From positions 1 through 10,919 of the forward strand of contig NW_021827085.1 in the NCBI RefSeq assembly GCF_006345805.1: 10,919 bases of DNA, given 5' to 3'. The position numbers were made by a program, and so were the translations under genes. Origin of the DNA: Octopus sinensis. Its lineage: Eukaryota. Under the pieces are notes generated by a model, which saw only the letters and a list, made by a program, of their open reading frames with translations, was not told where the DNA came from and ran no database searches. Below, piece by piece: positions 1 to 8,395 of the stretch. Position 1 is the first letter of the stretch. Every line of letters begins with the position of its first letter.

Positions 1-200
1 TATATATAATATATTATTAAATATATATATATATAATATATATTCATACATACAATATATGCTTATATGCATACATAGATAAATACAAATATAATGGTAC
101 ATACAAACATACACGCAAGCATATATAAAAAAAAATATACAAGCATACATACTTATACACAAACATATATACCTGCGTTTCTACATACACATATACATAC
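1..200. repeat. Low-complexity TA/CA-rich degenerate microsatellite
   Basis: Interrupted (TA)n and tacat/cata units seen directly. Confidence 0.8.
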
Positions 201-596
201 ATGCGTTCATACAGTATTATAATACCGTTCTATCGATCGAATTTAATCCATTCCCTGCATCTAAAATTAATTATTCTCCCTCCTGCCATTTTTACTGATC
301 GGCCATCTTTTAATATGTCTTCTCTGTTCTTTCTTCATATTCATCAGCAAACAAGATATTTAATAAATATAAATACACCAGAGCGTTTCACGTTTCCTAT
401 TCTGCGTTACATTGGTGTTAATTCGGCTGTGATTCCGTAAGATTCCGTTTGTAGTGCCCCGATTTCTACAACATCACCAACAAAAGACACAGAAAACATT
501 TCGCTTTGATTCTTTTGCCGTCGAAAGCCTTTGATCGTGTGTCAGAAATTCATTATACAATGCTTAAATGTTCTGTTTTTCGTTATGCCTATTGTG

Positions 597-938
<342 letters not shown>

Positions 939-992
939 CGTCAAAAACCAAACATAGAATTCTTCAATCCATCTTGATAAATCTATTCTTTT

Positions 993-1582
993 TTCTTCTA
1001 CTATAGGCACAAGGCCTGAAATATTAGGGGAAGCAGGGAGGAGAACTTGTCGATTGCATCAACCGCAGTGTGCAACAGGTGTTCATTTTATCGACCCCGA
1101 AGGGATGAAAGATAAAGTTGACCTCGGAGAAATTTGAATTCAGACCGCAAAGGCGGACGAAATACCTATTTCTTTACAACCTTCAAGGGGCTAAACACAG
1201 AGAGGGCAAACAAGGACAGACAAACGGATTAAAGTCGGTTATATCGACCCCAGTGCGTAACTGGTCCTTAATTAATCGACTTCGAAAGGATGATAGGCAA
1301 AGTCGACCTCGGCGGAATTTGAACTCAGAACGTAGCAGCAGTCGAAATACCTATTTCTTTACTACCCACAAGGGGCTAGACACAGAGAGGACAAACAAGG
1401 ACAGACAAACGGATTAAGTCAATTACATCGACCCCAGTGCCTAACTGGTACTTATTTAATCGACCACGAATGGATGAAAGGCAAATTCGACCTCGGAGGA
1501 ATTTGAACTCAGAACGTAGCGGTAGAAGAAATACCGCTAAGTATTTCGTCCGGCGCGCTAACGATTCTGCCAGCTCACCGCC
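993..1582 (-). mobile_element. tRNA-derived SINE family A, composite copy: head + 2x(core + module M) + core + terminal tail
   Basis: On the minus strand it starts ggcggtgagctggcagaatcgttagc, with an A-box-like TGGCAGAATCG at 1572-1562. B-box-like gttcaaat/attcaaat occurs three times (plus-strand tttgaa at 1133, 1318, 1502). Homologous to the copies at 5115, 6632 and 9660; the tail ttcaggccttgtgcctatagtagaa matches the 9660 copy. Confidence 0.9.
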
Positions 1583-1862
1583 TTCTTTCTTTGTATATTG
1601 TCGACATCATAGGAATAAAGTCACCAAACAAGGAAATAAAGTCGAAGTGTTGCTTTGGGACCAAGCTGTTGTATATAATATCCATGATTTCTTTTACTCT
1701 TTACTTTATATTTCTGCCGAGTAATGCCGTTAAATGGGACCGGCAGTATTCGTTCATTTATCGAAGTTTTTATAAGTAATTCATGTCTATCTATCCCATG
1801 AAACGGCTGTTCATTACATCAAGCATTATCACTAATTTCTAAATCCCTTTTCTACGCGCGAA

Positions 1863-1878
1863 TACATACATACATACA

Positions 1879-1939
<61 letters not shown>

Positions 1940-1985
1940 ATATATATATATATATATTTGTGTATATATATATTATATATATATA
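1863..1985. repeat. (TACA)n followed by interrupted (TA)n
   Basis: Seen directly. Confidence 0.95.
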
Positions 1986-2150
1986 GGCGCAGCAATGGCT
2001 CTGTGGTAAGTAGCTTGCTTACCAACCACATGGTTCCGGGTTCAGTCCCACTGCGTGGAAACTTGGGCAAGTGTCTTCTACTAAAGCCTCGGGCCGACCA
2101 GAGCCTTGTGGGTGGATTTGGTAGACGGAAACTAAAAGAAGCCCATCGTA

Positions 2151-2217
<67 letters not shown>

Positions 2218-2453
2218 TGTCTGTGTGTATGTTTGTGTGTCTGCGTTTGTCTCCCTAGCATTGCTTAACAACCGATGCTGATGTGTTTATATCCCCGTCA
2301 CTTAGCGGTTTGGCAAAAGAGACCGATACAACAAGTACGAGGCTTACAAAGAATAAGTCCAGGGGTCGATTTGCTCGACTAAAGGCGGTGCCTCTCGCAT
2401 GGCCCCAGTCAAATGACTGAAAAAATTAAAGAGTATAAAGAGAGTAAAAGAGT
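1986..2453 (+). mobile_element. tRNA-derived SINE family B, near full length, with internal (TA)n(TG)n microsatellite
   Basis: A-box-like TGGCTCTGTGG 1996-2006, B-box-like GGTTCAGTCCC 2039-2049, internal TA/TG tract about 2148-2217, (AAAGAGT)-like tail to 2453. Collinear with the copy at 5644-6032. Confidence 0.9.
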
Positions 2454-2484
2454 TAATTTATTTATTTATTTATTCATTCATTTA

Positions 2485-2511
2485 CAAAGGGTGCGTTAGT
2501 TATTTGAGAAC
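2485..2511 (+). repeat. Left terminal inverted repeat of the mariner-like element
   Basis: Aligns to the reverse complement of 3621-3645 with a 2-nt indel and a few mismatches. Confidence 0.8.
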
Positions 2512-2574
2512 TTACATTTTTGCGTCATTGCTGCATTTTTTGCTAAATCTGTGTAATATTTGGTTCAGAAAATT

Positions 2575-3521
2575 ATAAAGGCTGAGCATAGTGATTTAGA
2601 AATATCTCGATTTATAAATGTTGCCAGAGCTAGAGAAGATGGAAACGTATCACCAGTATCAAAGCATAAAAAAGCATTCTAAATGCTCTGAAATCATCAG
2701 AACACCTGAATTTATCCAGCAAGTTCAACAGACCATTGATTACAATCCCAGAAAGTCCTTGAGGTCAATTGCAAATGAGCTCCATGTGTCAGAAGGAACA
2801 GTCAGAAATGTTGTCCATGAAGACATCAGATATAAGTCTTATATAGCAAGGAAAGGTCAACTCGTCAGAAAAAGCAAAAGAAAATCACTATATCATATCT
2901 AAAAGGTTCTTAAACAAACTGAAAAATCCAGCAGAAGAAAATTTGATTTGGTTTTGCTCAAACGAAAAGAATTTAGACTAAGATTAAAAAATTTAATTTG
3001 AGAAGTGACAGATGGCTATGTGCAGACCCTTCTGAAGTTCCAAGTGTTATGCATACAAAATCTCCTGTAACTGTCATGGTTTTAGGGGTTATCAGCATTG
3101 AAGGGTATGTGATGCCTGTTTACTTTTTTCCTTAGAGTTAACTCTGCTGCCTACAGTGGAGTCCTGGAAATAATTGAACCCTGGATAAACAGTGTATGCA
3201 ATGGAAGATCATATGTGTTTCAGTAAGACTCTGCATTATCACACATGGCTCTAGTAACACAGGAATGGATGGCTCAAAATGTTCATGATCGCATAACCCC
3301 TAACATTTGGCCTCCTAATTCCCGGCATCTCAATCGATTATTGCATGCGAAGCGATGTTGAGAGAGAGGTCAATGAATACACCCATAACACCAAAGATTC
3401 TTTGAAAGCTGCCATAGTGAGAGTAATGTCCAAAATGAACCAGGACCATTTGATTCGAGCATGTAGATGATTTAGATCTCATAGAGAAGCAGTTGGTGGT
3501 GCTGAAGGTGGCTTTATTTAA
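2575..3521 (+). pseudogene. Transposase pseudogene (HTH + DDD catalytic domain)
   Basis: Manual translation across frameshifts: KAEHSDLEISRFINVAR; RTPEF..PRKSLRSIANELHVSEGTVRNVVHEDIRYKSY (HTH, ORF 2618-2902); IWFCSNEK (first D appears as N, 2961-2963); DRWLCADPSEVP; VMVLGVIS; YVFQ*DSA (second D 3227-3229); WPPNSRHLN then DY (third D 3336-3338, after a small deletion); ends AEGGFI*. Multiple stops and indels. Confidence 0.9.
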
Positions 3522-3620
3522 TAACTTAATAGAAAAGGTTTATTTCTATCCTCATAACATTTTTTGATAAACAAAGTTGTCTGTTATTATATATATGTTT
3601 TTTTTTATAAACATGAATCT

Positions 3621-3645
3621 GTCCTCAAATATCTTACGCACTCTG
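3621..3645 (-). repeat. Right terminal inverted repeat of the mariner-like element
   Basis: gtcctcaaatatcttacgcactctg followed by TA. Confidence 0.8.
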
Positions 3646-3646
3646 T

Positions 3647-3686
<40 letters not shown>

Positions 3687-3818
3687 ATATATGTATGTAT
3701 GTATGTACGTATTTTTGCATGCATGAATTATGTATATTTGTATATTATATATATATTTATATTCATACAACATTCATATGTATGTCTTTATATATACGTG
3801 TGTGAGCGTGTGTGTGTA

Positions 3819-3853
<35 letters not shown>
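3646..3853. repeat. Compound (TA)n / (TATG)n / (TG)n microsatellite
   Basis: Seen directly. Confidence 0.9.
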
Positions 3854-3982
3854 CTACGCTGAGATTAATTAGGATATACGTGAGTACGTGATGAGTACAT
3901 GAGTACTTATCTACGTATGCTTCCATATATCTGACTTTCTTTTTTCTTGTTTTCTTCCCCACCGCCTGTGTGATTGATTACG

Positions 3983-4076
3983 TATATATATATATAGATA
4001 CGCATTCATTAATCTCTCTCTCTCTTTCTCTCTCCCTCTTCCTCACTCCCCCCTCTCTCTCTATATATATATATAC
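3983..4076. repeat. Short (TA)n - (CT)n - (TA)n compound microsatellite
   Basis: Seen directly. Confidence 0.85.
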
Positions 4077-5114
4077 GTGTCCATATTTGTTAACTTACCG
4101 CTTATCTCTTCCCACCACATTCACGACTCGTACATATTTTATAAACATACCTTTTTTTCTCTTGCTATTTGCTCATTTGTCCAACATCCTGTATGTTTGT
4201 ATTCCTAATTTAATGGCTAGTTATCTTGCTTCAAATGCTGATGTAACATGCAAACATTCAGGTGAGATATATTGCTCCTGTAATAGTCTTAGAAAAAAAT
4301 CCCCAGCAACTAAATAACTGAAGATCCAATTTATAGCACGTCATAAAAATAAATTTTTGATTAGACAACACTCCAGTGACTGCTATTAAATTTCGCTTGG
4401 TGACGAAAGCCGGTATTTGAACTGAGAATGTAACACAATGTGATTAAATACCAGATCTTTGTGTGAAGACCAACGGCGTTGAAGGACAACATGGCACTCA
4501 TTCTCTAGAATATGGCTGCTGTTTTTCCAGTTCCCAGATTGACGTCAGCTTAAACATCGCCGTTGTTATTGATGATACAAGCTAGATAGGTGAATATATG
4601 ATATTTGTAGTCCATATATTTTGCTGATTGATCTTTACGATCGTTGTTACTCAACGGTCATTGCTTGAGATTTTTTTGTTTGGTCTTCTCCGTATTGACT
4701 CCCTTACTAATCTTTCCAGCATTCTGCTTTAGGTCTTCTGTGCATTTGGCAGTTTTTATTGTCTTAGAGAGCATGACAATGTCATCAGCAAAGTCCCGGT
4801 CCTTCAGACTCGTTTGTTGTTTCCACGGTATTTCTCCATTGGGTATGTTTGTTATATTCTTTAAGAAGAAGTCTACTGTTTGTAAGAACAGAAAGGGCAA
4901 CAGAATGCAGCCATGACTCACTCCAGTAAGAATGTCGAAGAAGTCAGTTTTTCCCGGAACACAGCATCGAAAATTTGCGTAAAGATTTTTAAAGATATTG
5001 ACAAATCAATAAGGGTCATTTTTAATACAAGGCAGCGCTTCACAAAGACTCTCTGTAGACATTATCAATTACTTTCCTGAAGTCAATAAAATGCATCTTC
5101 AGTGGTATTTTGAT

Positions 5115-5333
5115 GCGGCGAGCTGGCAGAATCGTTAGCTCACAGGGCAAAATGCTTGGCAGCATTTCGCCCGTCTTTACGTTTATAGTTCAAATTACGC
5201 CGAGGTTGACTTAGCCTTTCATCCCTTTAAGGTCAATAAAATAAGTATCAGTTGAGAACTGGGGTCGATGTCATCGACTTACCCACTTCCCTAAAATTGC
5301 TGGCCTTGTGATAAATGTTGAAACCAATATTAT
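5115..5333 (+). mobile_element. SINE family A monomer (variant tail) nested in the RTE
   Basis: gcggcgagctggcagaatcgttagc head, gttcaaattacgccgagg core, tail ccttgtgataaatgttgaaaccaatattatt. It splits the RT between TFTLRN and PLKMHFIDF. No clear TSD. Confidence 0.88.
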
Positions 5334-5643
5334 TTCTGAGGGTGAAAGTTTATTCAGTGCAAGATCGGTTTTTACGACATCCGCCTTGTTTCTCTCATCG
5401 TCCGGCGTCACAACCTCTTTCAGCCTGTTTAGAAGCCCTGTACAGAAAACTTCACCAGACACTAACGACAGTGTGATGCTCCGCCAATTATTGCAGCTGA
5501 ATAAGCCTTTCTTATTCGGTGGTTTCACGGTTTCAGCAATTCATTAGACTTTTCAGCTGAGTCATTACAATGTTTCCTCCATGTTCAAGCATCTCTGTGG
5601 TGATTTCATCCCGTCCAACAGGTTTGCTGTTTTACATTTCCAC

Positions 5644-6032
5644 GTGGCTGTGTGGTAAGTAGCTTGCTTACCAACCATATGGTTCCGGGTTCAGTCCCAC
5701 TGCGTGGCACCTTGGGCAAGTGTCTTCTACTATAGCCTCGGGCCGACCAAAGCCTTGTGAGTGGATTTGGTAGACGGAAACTGAAAGAATCCCGTCGTAT
5801 ATATGTATATATATATATATGCGTGTGTGTGTGTTTGTGTGTCTGTGTCTTTGTTTGTGCCCCTAGTATCGCTTGACAACCGATGCTGGTGTGTTTATGT
5901 CCCCGTTACTTAGCGGTTCGGCAAAAGAGACCGATAGAATAAGTCCCGGGGTCGAGTTGCTCGATTAAAGGCGGTGCTCCAGCATGGCCGCAGTCAAATG
6001 ACTGAAATAAGTAAAAGAGAAAAAGAGAGAGA
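5644..6032 (+). mobile_element. SINE family B copy nested in the RTE
   Basis: A-box-like 5645-5655, B-box-like 5688-5698, collinear with 1986-2453. Lacks about 10 nt at the 5' end and 22 nt internally. It splits RTE EETIQA from EM*NSK. Confidence 0.9.
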
Positions 6033-6230
6033 GCTTGTATTGTCTCTTCGCTCGTTACTGGATCTTTACCTACACTTCAGGTTTGCTTATCCTCTCTTTT
6101 GGTCAAAGTTCTACAGTTCTGTCGGTGTTGGTTGATTCAATGTTTCCCGGTAGCCTTGTTCTCCTGTAATCAGAAAAGTCCTTCTCTGTTTTCTTTCAGT
6201 GTTGCATTTGGGCTGCGTTTTGCTCCAGTT

Positions 6231-6920
6231 AACTCGCCTGGTATACTGTGAGACATGGAAGAGCGGCGAAAACATCGGCAGAAAGCTAGATGTGGTTCAC
6301 CAGTTCACCAACGATGCTTGAGAAGAATTCTGAGAAGGTAATGGCGAGACCACTTAATCAATGAAGACATTTCTAAAGTGATCCAATACGAGACTACCTA
6401 GCAAAGTCATTGCAAAATGAAGCTTGAAGCTTGCAAGATACACACTCCAGCTTTCAGAGCAACACCATTCTAAAACAGCTTGCAAAGGGATTGCACTGGA
6501 GTGGGAAAATAAAGCGGTAAACCGAAAATTACATGGTGCAGAAATATGTAACTGACATGAGAGGCCAACATCACATGCCCGAATGCAGAGAAAAACACAA
6601 CCAACAGAAACCAGCGGTGTCAGTTTGCGGCGAGCGAGCTGGCAGAACGTTAGCACGCCGGGCGAAATGCTTAGCAGTATTTCGTCTGCCGTTACGTTGT
6701 GAGTTCAAATTCCGCCGAGGTCGACTTTGCCTTTCATCCTTTCGGGGTCGATAAATTAAGCACCAGTTACGCACTGGGGTCGATGTAATCGACTTAATAC
6801 CTATGTCTGTCCTTGTTTGTCCCCTCTGTGTTTCTCCCCTTGTGGGTAGTAAAGAAACAGGTGTCGGTTTGCGGCCCATTGTGCACGAGAGCGTAGGGGG
6901 AAAAGTGATACTGATAATGA
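6231..6920 (+). mobile_element. RTE-clade LINE relic, 3' (C-terminal) segment, interrupted by one SINE
   Basis: Plus-strand translation: LVYCETWK..KLDVVHQRCLRRILRR*WRDH..GK*SGKPKITWCR..NRNQRCQF[SINE]AAHCARERRG. This matches the RTE C-terminal pattern (LLYG.ETW, RCLRRIL, GRPK.TW, R..WR..V.ALC). It ends in a decayed tga-repeat-like tail, gtgatactgataatga. Confidence 0.82.
6632..6859 (+). mobile_element. SINE family A (head + core + module M) with 16-bp target-site duplication
   Basis: A-box-like TGGCAGAACGT 6640-6650, B-box GTTCAAATTCC 6703-6713. Flanked by ggtgtcagtttgcggc (6616-6631) and ggtgtcggtttgcggc (6860-6875), one mismatch. Confidence 0.92.
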
Positions 6921-7215
6921 ACTAAATGCCACAATGCTTGTTATCGTTGTATTTTTTGTTTTCGTTGCAATATGGCTCTAGGTAAGATTTGATCATGCAC
7001 ACTTATCAAAGATGGTCCAACTGTGAAGATGCCATGTTTTATTTAGACAAAGGGGATTTAGAACTACATTATACAATGTTCCTGTCATTATTAAAACAGT
7101 TGGGTGTGATTGCAATGAGGTTTGACAACTAATTCTCTAAATATCAAACGACCACCTTGCGGCTTTCTCGTTTGCTCATTTATTGTTTATGGAAAGAAAT
7201 ACGCATCATGTTGAT

Positions 7216-7370
7216 GGGGGAAATCGTTTATTATATCGATTCCAGTAATTGATACGTATGTATTTTATCGGTTCCAAAGAGATGAAAGGTAGAGTCACCT
7301 CTGGTGGGATTTGAACGCACAACCTACAGGCACGTAACTAAATACTGCTGAACATAAACTTCTCAGCCGT
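7216..7370 (-). mobile_element. Old, diverged SINE family A relic
   Basis: tattttatcggttccaaagagatgaaaggtagagtcacctctggtgggatttgaac aligns by eye to the core at 1086-1140 (ttttatcgaccccgaagggatgaaagataaagttgacctcggagaaatttgaa). Confidence 0.7.
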
Positions 7371-7740
7371 TGTTCTCTTTTGTATATCCTTGGTAAAGGG
7401 GAATGTTGAGTGGGCTACGTACATACAGTGCAACAAGAGACAGGATGATTACAGCCAGTGTGTCCTTGATCATAAATATAGTTGATTATGTTTGACCTGG
7501 GGCTAAACAATAGCAATAACTAATTTATTTAATCCAAGGACAATCCCTCCATTCTTCTCTCAACCGTCCACCCTTATTAATATGATCTTGCTCCTGCTGT
7601 TATTGCCAAGTAAATTGTCTGTTCAACGTTTAAGTTTTATTTCTCCATATAATCCGTTTGATCTTAACGACCAGCACAGCCTCACCTTCCATTTTTTTCA
7701 CTTCTCAATTAACCATTGATGAAATTATTTAACCATTGAT

Positions 7741-8395
7741 CTCTTCCTCTTCCTCTTCCACACTACATCCTCCTTCTGCTCCTGCTCTTCTTCTTCTTCT
7801 TCTTCTTCTTCTTCTTCTTCTTCTTCTTCTTCTTCTTCTTCTTCTTCTTTTTCTTTTTCTTCTTCTTCTTCTTCTTCTTCTTCTTCTTCTTCTTCTTCTT
7901 CTTCTTCTCTTCTCTTCTTATTTCTGTTTATTCTTCTTCTTTTTCTTTTTCTTCTTCCTCCTTTTCTTCTCTTTCTTCTCTTCTTCTTCTCTTCTTCTTT
8001 CTTCTTCTTCTTCCTTCTTCTCTTGTTCTCTTCTTTCCTCTTCTTCTTCTTCTTCTTCTTTTCTTCTTCTTCCTTTTCTTCTTCTTCTTCTTCCTTTTCT
8101 TCTTCTTCTTCCTTTCTTCTTCTTCCTTTTCTTCTTCTTCTTCCTTTCTTCGTCTTCTTCTTTCCTCTTCTTCTTTTTTCTTCTTCTTCTTCTTCTTCTT
8201 CTTCCTTTTCTTCTTCTTCTTCCTTTTTTCTTCTTCTTCTTCTTCTTCTTCTTCTTCTCATTCTTCTTAATATTCTTCTTCTTCATTTCTTTTTCTCTTT
8301 CTTTCTGTTTCTTTCTTTCATCCTCATCGTCGTCGTCATCTTCATCATCCTTATCTCCTCCTCCTTCTCCTCCTCCTCCTACTTCTTCATCACTG
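7741..8395. repeat. Large (CTT)n/(GAA)n-based polypyrimidine-polypurine tract
   Basis: 21 perfect CTT units at 7787-7849. Very few purines on the plus strand over about 550 bp. Grades into CAT, CGT and CCT triplets at the right end. Confidence 0.97.

Larger units (their letters stand above)
2485..3645 (+). mobile_element. Defective Tc1/mariner DNA transposon, probably maT (DD37D) group
   Basis: TA at 2483-2484 and 3646-3647. Imperfect TIRs: left caaagggtgcgttagttatttgagaac, right (reverse complement) cagagtgcgtaagatatttgaggac. Internal transposase remnants. Confidence 0.9.
4431..6234 (-). mobile_element. RTE-clade LINE relic, upstream/RT segment (inverted), interrupted by two SINEs
   Basis: Minus-strand translation in canonical order: KLTGAKR..DPVTSEETIQA [SINE B] EM*NSKPVGRDEITTEMLEHGG..KKGLFSCNNWRSITL..LNRLK..EKQGGCRKNRSCTE*TFTLRN [SINE A] PLKMHFIDFRKVIDNVYRESL*..KNLY..TGVSHGCILLPFLF..LKDRDFADD..VNTEKTK..FTYLACII..GDV*ADVN..HTKI..FNHIVL. 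These are non-LTR RT motifs, with the FADD catalytic variant. Confidence 0.9.

Noticed and set aside
993-1582. CRISPR-like or prokaryotic repeat array
   Set aside because: The units are about 185-bp homologous modules with no unique spacers, in a eukaryotic TE context.
1118-1724. ORFs 1118-1417 and 1437-1724, and the similar ORFs at 6533-6879
   Set aside because: They are translations of SINE family A; the shared peptide RPRRNLNSE just reflects repeat homology.
1996-2050. SINE heads as genuine tRNA genes
   Set aside because: A- and B-box-like motifs are present, but I could not form a full cloverleaf, and they continue into SINE bodies.
1852-2281. ORFs over SINE B and TA/TG repeats
   Set aside because: Non-coding SINE plus dinucleotide repeat translation.
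4259-4267. Splice-donor-like CAG|GTGAGA
   Set aside because: No convincing upstream acceptor or coding exon; such motifs are common by chance.
3552-4317. ORFs 3552-3773, 3564-3872, 3774-3962 and 3970-4317
   Set aside because: Dominated by microsatellite translation, with no recognisable domain.
7440-7522. Possible old repeat 3' end (tgacctggggctaaacaatagcaataac)
   Set aside because: It resembles a CAA-tailed repeat from memory only; a single copy in the window cannot be supported.
7709-7740. 12-bp direct repeat ttaaccattgat with an 8-bp spacer
   Set aside because: Real but tiny; most simply a 20-bp local duplication with no element between the copies.
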